Shown: piece by piece, positions 12,393 to 23,795 of the stretch | How positions within the stretch are numbered: position 1 is the stretch's first letter | Layout: the number at the start of each line of letters is the position of its first letter | Assembly (NCBI GenBank): GCA_964016885.1 | Contig: OZ024742.1 | Location: 277,574,001 to 277,638,000 of the forward strand | Source of the DNA: Eledone cirrhosa | Lineage: Eukaryota | Length of the DNA stretch: 64,000 nt | Reading direction: 5' to 3' | Translations under genes and position numbers: made by a program | The notes under the pieces: generated by a model | Told to the model about the DNA's origin: nothing | The model's input: the letters and a program-made list of their open reading frames with translations, nothing else | Database searches by the model: none

Positions 12393-13478
12393 AGTTAGCC
12401 AATACATACGAAAACCGTTCAAAATAATACTGATATATAGAAGTTGCTGGCTATTTTGTTTCTTACTTAGAGAGTTGTCAAATTCAACAAAGATCTTTGT
12501 ATATTTTACGTTGCTTTAGTTAAACCTTAGAACATTCAGTGACTGACAACATAGCTACCTTAGCAGCTCAACAGAAAGAATGAAGTAAATACAAGACATG
12601 AAAACAATAAGTACTGTGGTCAACATGGTTGACTAAATCTTTTCAAGATGGTACCCTGAATGGCCATTGTTTAATGATTGAAACTAGTAGAAGAATAAAA
12701 TAAAGAATCTCAATGGTTTATATCACTTCTAAAATTATTGTTCTTTATATATTAACAGGTTTGTTACATAATAATATCAATATGACTTTTGTTGAGTTTC
12801 TTTAAAGGACGCGAGATATAAAAGAACACATCTAAGTGTAGAATCATTAAGCCTTTTGATACTAAACCAGTTAAAACTGGTTCTGGTTCTATGAAACAAA
12901 TGTACACATATTATAGGGTTCCTATTTAAATTGAAATCTTCCATTTCATGTTAAGTTATTATCTTAGTAATAAAATAATAATTTTAGTAAATCCCTCAAA
13001 ATTCTTCATTAATTAATTGAAATAGAGTGTACGTCATTAGAAATATGATCGCTAAAGTCCTAACCCCTTTAATACCAACCAGCCCTTGATCATCTCTGGT
13101 TCTATCAATCAAAATCACTAATTTTAAAGAATTCTTATTTAAATTAAAATTTTAGAAAATAATATTCGATAAGAAACATAATAAATAACTTTAGTAAATC
13201 GTTTAAAATTCTTCATTAATTAGTTGAAATAAAATGTATTGGAAACACATCACAAACATGCTAACAGTTATGGAATTACTGTCCTTCTCGTTGAGTCTAA
13301 CATCATCACCATCATCATCACCATTACCACCATCACCAGTAGCATTTTAAGGTTGCTTCTATGCTTACTAGGTTTGGATGGATCGTCATGGTGTGATTCA
13401 ATTCTTTTTCTTCAACTTCTGCGTCCACTTATTTATGGGAATGTTGTGGGGGCAGAGTACTCAAACTCAGTGTTGGGG

Positions 13479-13550
13479 ATCAGTGACCAGGATTCGAACC
13501 TGGGTTACCATGGGCACAACGTGGAGTCCTAACCACTAGACGATCACGGC
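13479..13550 (-). pseudogene. tRNA-His type A (unit 7)
   Basis: Same sequence as 3-74. Confidence 0.85.
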
Positions 13551-13888
13551 AGTCAGCTAATACATATAACGACGGTTCAATATTATAGTGATATATCAAA
13601 GTCCTTATCTAATGAGTTTCTTATACTGAGAGTTGTCAAATTCCACAAAGATTCAATCATTGTTTCTACAATAATGAAATACATGATTATTTTAATGATT
13701 ATGCATTCATTTTTTTTCAATACTTTTAATATAAGATGTGATAAAACTTATTAAAAGGATCAGCTCCAATTATTGTCATCGGTCAGTGATGATATTTGCT
13801 TACTAAATAATATAATCGTTAATATTCTGAATAATTCATATTTTTAGTTTCAAAATTTTGAAAAAAAAAGGAAGATAAGCGTATCAGC

Positions 13889-13960
13889 TGCCGTGACCAG
13901 GATTCGAACCTGGGTTACCACGGCCACAACGTGGGGTCCTAACCACTAGACGATCACGGC
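13889..13960 (-). tRNA. tRNA-His-GTG: tRNA-His(GUG), canonical (unit 7)
   Basis: Identical to 413-484. Confidence 0.97.
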
Positions 13961-14567
13961 TAACAGCTAATACGTAAAGAAGTCGCCCAAAATAGCAATG
14001 ATATATAGAAGTTGCTAACTAATTTTTTTTCTTACACGGAGAGTTTTCAAATTAACCAGAGATATAATCTTTCTACATTTTATGTTGTTTCAGTTCACCT
14101 TTAGAACATTGTCAAATTCAACAAAGATTCAATCCTTATTTCTAGAACTCTCTTTCTGCTGGCAACTGGAAGATTCAATGATAGGAATGAGGGATTACGA
14201 CGTATATCTACTTTTCAATTACGAGATGTTCATATATTTCAAAGTCTACTAAATGGGATATTATTAGCTACCCTTTGTCAAATTTGTAGCAATAATTATA
14301 GATTTGTTTTTTTCTTTTTTATCTATATTTACAAACATAGAAGCAAAATTAAGTAATGAGAAATGGGGAAAGAGTAAAGAAGGGCAGATCTGGATTATGG
14401 GAAAGTAGACGAAAGGACTATAAAAGGCATAAATGAGAGGTAACAAGAACTCTAGGATCACATTAGAAAAGGAGGGAAAAGTGGAGATGGTGATTTGTTC
14501 TGATCCGAGGCGACGGACGGCGGGGTTGAATTACAAAACAATGTGTAAAAAATGCAACCGCATTAGC

Positions 14568-14639
14568 TGCCGTGACCAGGATTCGAACATGGGTTACCAC
14601 GGCCGTAACATGTGGTTCTAACCACTAGACGATCACGGC
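14568..14639 (-). tRNA. Type C variant, ACG anticodon (unit 7)
   Basis: Identical to 1092-1163. Confidence 0.75.
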
Positions 14640-15725
14640 AGTTAGCCAATACATACGAAAAACGTTCAAAATAATACTGATATATAGAAGTTGCTGGCTA
14701 TTTTGTTTCTTACTTAGAGAGTTGTCAAATTCAACAAAGATCTTTGTATATTTTACGTTGCTTTAGTTAAACTTTAGAACATTCAGTGACTGACAACATA
14801 GCTACCTTAGCAGCTCAACAGAAAGAATGAAGTAAATACAAGACATGAAAACAATAAGTACTGTGGTCAACATGGTTGACTAAATCTTTTCAAGATGGTA
14901 CCCTGAATGGCCATTGTTTAATGATTGAAACTAGTAGAAGAATAAAATAAAGAATCTCAATGGTTTATATCACTTCTAAAATTATTGTTCTTTATATATT
15001 AACAGGTTTGTTACATAATAATATCAATATGACTTTTGTTGAGTTTCTTTAAAGGACGCGAGATATAAAAGAACACATCTAAGTGTAGAATCATTAAGCC
15101 TTTTGATACTAAACCAGTTAAAACTGGTTCTGGTTCTATGAAACAAATGTACACATATTATAGGGTTTCTATTTAAATTGAAATCTTCCATTTCATGTTA
15201 AGTTATTATCTTAGTAATAAAATAATAATTTTAGTAAATCCCTCAAAATTCTTCATTAATTAATTGAAATAGAGTGTACGTCATTAGAAATATGATCGCT
15301 AAAGTCCTAACCCCTTTAATACCAACCAGCCCTTGATCATCTCTGGTTCTATCAATCAAAATCACTAATTTTAAAGAATTCTTATTTAAATTAAAATTTT
15401 AGAAAATAATATTCGATAAGAAACATAATAAATAACTTTAGTAAATCGTTTAAAATTCTTCATTAATTAGTTGAAATAAAATGTATTGGAAACACATCAC
15501 AAACATGCTAACAGTTATGGAATTACTGTCCTTCTCGTTGAGTCTAACATCATCACCATCATCATCACCATTACCACCATCACCAGTAGCATTTTAAGGT
15601 TGCTTCTATGCTTACTAGGTTTGGATGGATCGTCATGGTGTGATTCAATTCTTTTTCTTCAACTTCTGCGTCCACTTATTTATGGGAATGTTGTGGGGGC
15701 AGAGTACTCAAACTCAGTGTTGGGG

Positions 15726-15797
15726 ATCAGTGACCAGGATTCGAACCTGGGTTACCATGGGCACAACGTGGAGTCCTAACCACTAGACGATCACGGC
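15726..15797 (-). pseudogene. tRNA-His type A (unit 8)
   Basis: Same sequence as 3-74. Confidence 0.85.
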
Positions 15798-16136
15798 AGT
15801 CAGCTAATACATATAACGACGGTTCAATATTATAGTGATATATCAAAGTCCTTATCTAATGAGTTTCTTATACTGAGAGTTGTCAAATTCCACAAAGATT
15901 CAATCATTGTTTCTACAATAATGAAATACATGATTATTTTAATGATTTTGCATTCATTTTTTTTCAATACTGTTAATATAAGATGTGATAAAACTTATTA
16001 AAAGGATCAGCTCCCATTATTGTCATCGGTCAGTGATGATATTTGCTTACTAAATAATATAATCGTTAATATTCTGAATAATTCATATTTTTAGTTTCAA
16101 AATTTTGAAAAAAAAAAGGAAGATAAGCGTATCAGT

Positions 16137-16208
16137 TGCCGTGACCAGGATTCGAACCTGGGTTACCACGGCCACAACGTGGGGTCCTAACCACTAGACA
16201 ATCACGGC
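16137..16208 (-). tRNA. tRNA-His-GTG: tRNA-His(GUG) type B with C9T (unit 8)
   Basis: Canonical except CTAGACAATCACGGC on +. Confidence 0.9.
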
Positions 16209-16815
16209 TAACAGCTAATACATAAAAGAGTCGCCGAAAATAACAATGATATATAGAAGTTGCTAACTACATTTTTCTCTTACATAGAGAGTTGTCAAAT
16301 TAACCAAATATATAATCTTTCTACATTTTACGTTGTTTCAGTTCACCTTTAGAACATTGTCAAATTCAACAAAGATTCAATCCTTATTTCTAGAACTCTC
16401 TTTCTGCTGGCAACTGGAAGATTCAATGATAGGAATGAGGGATTACGACGTATATCTACTTTTCAATTACGAGAGGTTCATATATTTCAAAGTCTACTAA
16501 ATGGGATATTATTAGCTAACCTTTGTCAAATTTGTAGCAATAATTATACATTTGTTTTTTTCTTTTTTATCTATATTTACAAACATAGAAGCAAAATTAA
16601 GTAATGAGAAATGGGGAAAGAGTAAAGAAGGGCAGATCTGGATTATGGGAAAGTAGACGAAAGGACTATAAAAGGCATAAATGAGAGGTAACAAGAACTC
16701 TAGGATCACATTAGAAAAGGAGGGAAAAGTGGAGATGGTGATTTGTTCTGATCCGAGGCGACGGACGGCGGGGTTGAATTACAAAACAATGTGTAAAAAA
16801 TGCAACCGCATTAGC

Positions 16816-16887
16816 TGCCGTGACCAGGATTCGAACATGGGTTACCACGGCCGTAACATGTGGTTCTAACCACTAGACGATCACGGC
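16816..16887 (-). tRNA. Type C variant, ACG anticodon (unit 8)
   Basis: Identical to 1092-1163. Confidence 0.75.
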
Positions 16888-17973
16888 AGTTAGCCAATAC
16901 ATACGAAAAACGTTCAAAATAATACTGATATATAGAAGTTGCTGGCTATTTTGTTTCTTACTTAGTGAGTTGTCAAATTCAACAAAGATCTTTGTATATT
17001 TTACGTTGCTTTAGTTAAACTTTAGAACATTCAGTGACTGACAACATAGCTACCTTAGCAGCTCAACAGAAAGAATGAAGTAAATACAAGACATGAAAAC
17101 AATAAGTACTGTGGTCAACATGGTTGACTAAATCTTTTCAAGATGGTACCCTGAATGGCCATTGTTTAATGATTGAAACTAGTAGAAGAATAAAATAAAG
17201 AATCTCAATGGTTTATATCACTTCTAAAATTATTGTTCTTTATATATTAACAGGTTTGTTACATAATAATATCAATATGACTTTTGTTGAGTTTCTTTAA
17301 AGGACGCGAGATATAAAAGAACACATCTAAGTGTAGAATCATTAAGCCTTTTGATACTAAACCAGTTAAAACTGGTTCTGGTTCTATGAAACAAATGTAC
17401 ACATATTATAGGGTTTCTATTTAAATTGAAATCTTCCATTTCATGTTAAGTTATTATCTTAGTAATAAAATAATAATTTTAGTAAATCCCTCAAAATTCT
17501 TCATTAATTAATTGAAATAGAGTGTACGTCATTAGAAATATGATCGCTAAAGTCCTAACCCCTTTAATACCAACCAGCCCTTGATCATCTCTGGTTCTAT
17601 CAATCAAAATCACTAATTTTAAAGAATTCTTATTTAAATTAAAATTTTAGAAAATAATATTCGATAAGAAACATAATAAATAACTTTAGTAAATCGTTTA
17701 AAATTCTTCATTAATTAGTTGAAATAAAATGTATTGGAAACACATCACAAACATGCTAACAGTTATGGAATTACTGTCCTTCTCGTTGAGTCTAACATCA
17801 TCACCATCATCATCACCATTACCACCATCACCAGTAGCATTTTAAGGTTGCTTCTATGCTTAGTAGGTTTGGATGGATCGTCATGGTGTGATTCAATTCT
17901 TTTTCTTCTTCTTCTGCGTCCACTTATTTATGGGAATGTTGTGGGGGCAGAGTACTCAAACTCAGTGTTGGGG

Positions 17974-18045
17974 ATCAGTGACCAGGGTTCGAACCTGGGT
18001 TACCATGGGCACAACGTGGAGTCCTAACCACTAGACGATCACGGC
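17974..18045 (-). pseudogene. tRNA-His type A (unit 9)
   Basis: As 3-74 with a T-loop substitution (CCAGGGTTCG on +). Confidence 0.85.
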
Positions 18046-18384
18046 AGTCAGCTAATACATATTAACGACGGTTCAATATTATAGTGATATATCAAAGTCC
18101 TTATCTAATGAGTTTCTTATACTGAGAGTTGTCAAATTCCACAAAGATTCAATCATTGTTTCTACAATAATGAAATACATGATTATTTTAATGATTATGC
18201 ATTCATTTTTTTTCAATACTTTTAATATAAGATGTGATAAAACTTATTAAAAGGATCAGCTCCAATTATTGTCATCGGTCAGTGATGATATTTGCTTACT
18301 AAATAATATAATCGTTAATATTCTGAATAATTCATATTTTTAGTTTCAAACTTTTTGAAAAAAAAGGAAGATAAGTGTATCAAC

Positions 18385-18456
18385 TGCTGTGACCAGGATT
18401 CGAACCTGGGTTACCACGGCCACAACGTGGGGTCCTAACCACTAGACGATCACGGC
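18385..18456 (-). tRNA. tRNA-His-GTG: tRNA-His(GUG) type B with G70A (unit 9)
   Basis: Canonical except TGCTGTGACC on +. Confidence 0.82.
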
Positions 18457-19401
18457 TAACAGCTAATACGTAAAGCATCCACCCAAAATAACAATGATAT
18501 ATAGAAGTTGCTAACTACATTTTTCTCTTACATAGAGATTTGTCAAATTAACCAAATATATAATCTTTCTACATTTTATGTTGTTTCAGTTCACCTTTAG
18601 AACATTGTCAAATACAACAAAGATTCAATCCTTATTTCTAGAACTCTCTTTTTGCTGGCAACTGGAAGATTCAATGATAGGCATGAGGGATTACGACGTA
18701 TATCTACTTTTCAATTACGAGAGGTTCATATATTTCAAAGTCTACTAAATGAGATATTATTAGCTAACCTTTGTCAAATTTGTAGCAATAATTATACATT
18801 TGTTTTTTTCTTTTTTATCTATATTTACAAACATAGAAGCAAAATTAAGTAATGAGAAATGGGGAAAGAGTAAAGAAGGGCAGATCTGGATTATGGGAAA
18901 GCAGAAGAAAGGACTATAAAAGGCATAAATGAGAGGAAACAAGAACTCTAGGGTCACATTAGAAAAGGAGGGAAAAGTGGAGATGGTGATTTGTTCTGAT
19001 CCGAGGCGACGGCGGGGTTGAATTACAAAACAATGTGTAAAAAATGCAACCGTGTTAGTAAATCCCTCAAAATTGTTAAGTTTTTTCTTAGTAAGGATTT
19101 AATAATTTTAGTAAATAATTTTGTAGCAATAATATTGCACTTGTTTTTGTTTTCTATTTCTTTTTTTGTTGTTATTTTTAGGAGGGGGGTGTTTGTGTGT
19201 ATATTTACATATAAAAACAAAATTAAGTGATGAGAAGATGGGGGAAGTATAAAGAAGGGTAAATCTGGCTGTATGGGAAAGTAGAGGAAAAGACTATAAA
19301 TCCCACAAATAAGAGGAAAAGGAGGGGGAAAGCAAGGCCTCTAGGACCACAGCTTAAAAGGAGGGGTGGCGGAGGTAAATATTTCGGTCCTAGGACGCGG
19401 C

Positions 19402-19758
19402 AGGGTTAGGTCTCGCCCTGCGGAGAAGACAGCAAACGCATTTCCGCGGACAATAGCCAAAGATACTCGATTCAACAACCACCTTAACTCGCGGGGCTCC
19501 TTGCTCAGACTGGCTGCTGCCGTTCCAATCTTGCGGAGGAACTCTGCAGTACGGGGTCCGAGGAGGCCTGAGGTTTGAACGGGGACCAGTGTGAAGAGGA
19601 AGCGGCCGGGCAATTTCCAGTATTTCTTTGTCGTCCTGTTCTCTGCATTGCAGGCCTCAGTGCCGGGGTTTGTGACCGAAACGACTAAGTTGGAGGCGGA
19701 GAACGTGTCACATGTGACGTCGCAGATGGGGAATCTACCTCCTTCGAATGGGAAGAGG
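19402..19758 (-). mobile_element. 5'-truncated CRE-clade-like non-LTR retrotransposon, C-terminal restriction-like endonuclease (REL) region
   Basis: Minus-strand translation PFEGGRFPICDVTC-DTFSASNL...KKYWKLPGRFLFTLVPVQTSGLLGPRTAEFLRKIG...WLLNRVSLAIVRGNAFAV. This matches the CRE-type pattern WD.TC.DT...K..KY...F.P...ET.G..G...R.S.A..RGNA. Confidence 0.8.
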
Positions 19759-20007
19759 TTTTATTTATTATGAATTTGCAATCATTTATTTCCTAACCCA
19801 TAAAAGAAGCACGATAAAGAATTATGAGACGTGATGGGCATGGTTGGTACAGTTCTAGTTATTGTCATCCATAGAGGGATGACATTTTGCCTACAACATA
19901 GAGGGATGACATTTTGCCTACAACAACACAATTCTTAATGTTGCGAACGTGTTTTTCTTTAAATTACGAGACAATAAATTTAAAAAAAAAAGGTTATTCA
20001 TAATTCG

Positions 20008-20079
20008 TTGCATGACCGGGATATGAACCTCGATTACCACGGGCACAACGTGGAGCACCAACCACTAGACAAACACGGT
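20008..20079 (-). pseudogene. Degenerate tRNA-His (shares the type-A signature GGGCACAACGTGGAG)
   Basis: Many substitutions, including in the B box. Confidence 0.75.
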
Positions 20080-20569
20080 TACCGGTCAGTAGATGCCAAA
20101 ACTGTTCAATATAATGATGATAGATTGAAGTAGCTAGGTACTATGTATTTACTGTATTTACTGCGTTTTAGAATTCATTGTTTTTATTGAACGCTGCTTC
20201 AGCTGATTTATCAAAGATACAGTGGAAGGAATGGGAGAGTTACACAGTGATACCATGTATACCTACTTCTCAATTACTAATATTCCTATGTTTCAATGTC
20301 TTCTTCAAGTGATATTTATTTTTAGCTAGTTTCTGTCAAACTTCTATCAATAATGATATACATGATTATTTTTATGATTATGTATTCACTTTTTCTTCAA
20401 TACTTTTAATATAACATCTGTTAAAACTTATTAAAAGAATCAGCTCTCATTGTCATCCATCAGGGAATGATTTTTGCTTATTAAATAATATAATCGTTAA
20501 TATTCTGATTATGTCATTTTTTTAGTTACAAACAATTTGAAAAAAAAAAAGAAAAGTAACCGTATTAGC

Positions 20570-20641
20570 TGCCGTGACCAGGATTCGAACCTGGGTTACC
20601 ACGGCCACAACGTGGGGTCCTAACCGCTAGACGATCACGGC
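20570..20641 (-). tRNA. tRNA-His-GTG: tRNA-His(GUG), intact (T16C D-loop variant)
   Basis: Canonical except TAACCGCTAG on +; T-run terminator present. Confidence 0.93.
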
Positions 20642-20839
20642 TAACAGCTAATACATGGAAAACGAGCCCAATATAACAGTGATATATAGAAGTTACTATC
20701 ATTTAACATTTTTGTATCAATAAGAATGTACTTTTTTATTACAATCATACGTACATAGCGTCCTTTACATAGTTATCATGATAAAACATATATCAGGGTA
20801 AGTCAAAACATATCTGCTCTTTCGTCCTAACATATCTTT

Positions 20840-21920
20840 ATGATTGTCAAACTGCCTTTCGCCCATGCATTGCTTACAGTTGGTGCTATTGTGGTCACGT
20901 GAGCGCCGTTTGAGCTTGATAACGCCAGTTTTCGTGCTGCTGTTACAGTTTAAACATGGCCGCTCCGCTAGCAATGTGCACCAAGGAGGGACAAAGAGCA
21001 GTGATCAGATTTCTCTGGTCGAAAGGTGTGTCGGGGGCTGAAATTCGTCGATGGTTTTTAACACAACATACAGGCAGTGCACTACCGCATAGATTTCTGT
21101 ATGAGTGCATCGAGAAGTTTAATAGTGGTCGGACAAGGGTAATGCACAAAGAAGAAGCAGGACGCCCGTCAACCTCCACCAGTGAGAGAAGATTCAGTAA
21201 GCTCGTTAGCTAGTAATGGCGAACCGGCGAGTTATCATCGACGGGGTAGCATGTTCTCTGCAGATTAGTCATGGTTCTGCCTATAAAATCATCTATGAGT
21301 AGTTCAGTTTCAATAAAGTTTTTGCGAGTTGGATGCCAAGAGAGCTTACCGCAGAGCACAAGTGCAAACCCTAACCCTAACCCGCCCCTACCCCCTAACC
21401 CTAACCCTAACCCTAAGCCTGAACCTTAACCTAAGCCTAACCCTAACCCTAAGCCTAACCCTAACCCTAAGCCTAACCCTAAACCTAACCCTAAACCTAA
21501 CCCTAACCCTAACCCTAAACCTAAACCTAACCCTAACCCTAACCCTAACCCTAAACCTAACCCTAATCCTAACCCTAACCCCAACTTCCACCAGTGACGA
21601 GAAGATTCAGTAAGCTCGAAAGATATTAATGGCGAACCGGCAAGTTATCATCGATGAGGTAGCATGTTCTTTGCAGATTAGTCTTGGTTCTGCCTATCAA
21701 ATCATCTATGAGTAGTTCGGTTTCCATAACGTCTGTGCGAGATGGATGCCAAGAGAGCTTACCACAGAGAATAAGTGTAAACCTGTTAAGGTCTGCCAAC
21801 GTTACTTGACCGTTAGAACAATGAAGGTGAAGAATATTTGAGCAGAATAGTCACAAAAGATGAAACGTGAGTCTATCACTATGAGCCAGAATCTAAAAAG
21901 GAGAGTATGGACTGGAAATG
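20840..21920 (+). mobile_element. Defective mariner transposase remnant, interrupted by telomeric repeats
   Basis: N-terminal HTH (QRAVIRFLWSKGVSGAEI...GRPSTS), WMPREL (WVP(R)EL motif) and IVTKDET*VYHYEPESK (first catalytic D); contains stops and frameshifts. Confidence 0.88.
21367..21581 (-). repeat. Interstitial telomeric repeat (TTAGGG)n on the minus strand, ~36 units with variants
   Basis: (CCCTAA)n on + with GCCTAA, ACCTAA and TCCTAA variants. Confidence 0.97.
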
Positions 21921-22428
21921 TAAATGCTTTTTATTCATGTCCAAGATGGTCAATCAAGAAAAGTACATCAAACTTCCTGACCTTGACCCTCCGACTACTT
22001 TTTGAAGTGATCTGTCGAGACTTCCGCTGACCTTGGTCCCTGGAATGTCATTTTTATCTGCCAAATCTAGAAGAATTCATAATGCCCGAAGAGTTGCTGG
22101 TGTAGGAAGTATCGCTCTCTTTTCTCCGCGACAGTGCTTTCACCATCTTGATCACGGGATGTAGCTGAGATATACTGCCTAGCCGGTGATGTAGCATCTG
22201 CCCCACCTCACTCTCTCCATTGTTTTCATTTTCTCTCTCTTTCGCTTATGTTTATCATGTGAAATATGTTTTTTTAATAAAAATCAAAAGATTGTTAACA
22301 ATTCTATTTCAAAAAACAACACTACACATATGTAAAAACGGAAAATATTTATGTTAATCAAATTTTCTTCGATATTCTAAATATATATTTTTTTCAATTC
22401 CAGAAAAAAAAAAAATACATATAGTAGT

Positions 22429-22501
22429 TGCGGTGACCAGGATTCGAACCTGAATTACCACGGGTGCAGCGTGGGGGCCCTTACCACTAGACGATCAAGG
22501 T
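22429..22501 (-). pseudogene. Degenerate tRNA-His (loop now reads GCA)
   Basis: CCACG-CT-GCA-CC-CGTGG on the minus strand; acceptor and T stems are mismatched. Confidence 0.75.
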
Positions 22502-22997
22502 AGTCAGGTAATACGGACGAGTATTTCAATATAATTGTTTCTGCTTTTGGTACAAGGCCAACAATTACCCTGTGCATTACTGGTACTTTATATAATAGTG
22601 ATATATCAGAGTTCTTATTTAATGTGTCTCTTATAGTGACAATTGTCAAATTCAACAAAGATTCAATCATTGTTTCTAGAACTCTCTTTCTACTGGCAAC
22701 TGGAAGATTCAATGATAGGAATGAGGGGTTACGACGTATATCTACTTTTCAATAACGAGTTGGTCATATATTTCAAAGTCTACTAAATGAGATATTATTA
22801 GCTAGTCTTTGTCACATTCGTAGCAATAATGATACTTTGTTCTTTTCTTTTCGATTTATATTTACAAACGTAGAAGCAAAATTAAGTGATGATAAATGGG
22901 AAAAGAGTAAGTAGGGGCAGATCTGGCTGTATGGGAAAATAGAAGAAAGGACTATAAAAGCAATAAATGAGAGGAAAAGGAGGGGGAAAGCAAGGAC

Positions 22998-23320
22998 TAG
23001 GGTTAGGGCTCGCTCTGCGGACAAGATTGCAAAAGCATTTTCGCGGACAATGGCCAGCGACACTCGATTCAACAACCACCCCAGACTGGCTGCTGGCGTT
23101 CCGATCTTGTGTAGGAGCCCTGCAGGACGCCTGAGGTTTCGACAGTGACCAGTGCGAAGTGAAGAGGCCGGGCAATTCCCAGTATTTGTTTGTCGTCCTG
23201 TTCTCTGCATTACAGGCCGCAATACCGGGGTTTGTGGCTGAAGCGACTAAGTTGAAGGCGGAGAACGTGTCACATGTGACGTCCCAGATAAGGAATCTAC
23301 CTCCTTCGAATGGGAAGAGG
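22998..23320 (-). mobile_element. Second copy of the CRE-like REL fragment
   Basis: LLHKIGTPAAS..WLLNRVSLAIVRENAFAILSA. Same 5' truncation point and flank as 19402-19758. Confidence 0.8.
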
Positions 23321-23514
23321 TTTTATTTATTATGAATTTGTAATCATTTTTTTCATATCCCATAAAAGAAACATGATAAAGAATTACGAGACGTGATGGG
23401 CATGGTTGGTACAGATCTAGTTATTGTCATCCAACAGGAGTGACATTTTCTGTGCAGCAACATATTTTTTAATTTTCCGTATGTGTATTTCTTTAAATTA
23501 CGAAATAATAAATA

Positions 23515-23705
23515 GTTGTTTCTACTTTTGGCACAAGGCCAGCAAATTAGCCAGTGTATTACTGGTACTTTATTTTATCGACCACATAAGGATGAAAGGC
23601 AAAGTTTGAATTCAGGCGGGATTTGAATTCAGAATGGCAAGGGCCGTAACTCCATGCATCAAAGCATGGCGTCCGACCTTCTACCGATACTGTCAATCCA
23701 CATGC
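23515..23705 (-). mobile_element. tRNA-derived SINE (octopus-type)
   Basis: Reverse complement of the SINE at 24155, with GGCACAAGGCCAGC...GGATGAAAGGCAAAG...GGATTTGAA. Confidence 0.85.
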
Positions 23706-23744
23706 CTTCGAAATAATAAATAATAATAAAGAGACACTCATATT

Positions 23745-23795
23745 GGTTGCGTGAACGGCCACATCGTGGTGTACTAACCACTACACAAACACGGC
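23745..23795 (-). pseudogene. Truncated degenerate tRNA-His
   Basis: ACGGCCACATCGTGGTGTACTAACCACTACACAAACACGGC; paralog of 20008-20079. Confidence 0.65.

Larger units (their letters stand above)
1..19052. repeat. Tandem array of ~2,247-bp units (about 8.5 copies, probably continuing upstream), three tRNA-His-derived genes per unit
   Basis: Near-identical blocks recur. The same spurious ORF starts at 2010, 4257, 6504, 8750, 10991, 13239, 15486 and 17734 (periods 2241-2248). Homology breaks at ~19052, just before the expected ninth C-type gene. Confidence 0.98.

Noticed and set aside
635-18957. Recurrent 60-110 aa ORFs in the tandem array (e.g. METHHKHANS..., MRGNKNSR...)
   Set aside because: They recur only because the DNA is repeated. 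Many use non-ATG starts, overlap tRNA genes antisense or microsatellites, and show no recognisable domain.
1-19052. CRISPR-like or prokaryotic repeat-spacer interpretation
   Set aside because: The repeats are 72-nt eukaryotic tRNA genes, the spacers are themselves repeated and hundreds of bp long, and there are no cas genes.
21367-21581. True chromosome end or end-to-end fusion site
   Set aside because: The tract is short, internal and single-orientation, with mariner sequence on both sides.
21329-21613. LTLTLT / VRVRVR ORFs
   Set aside because: These are translations of the telomeric hexamer tract.
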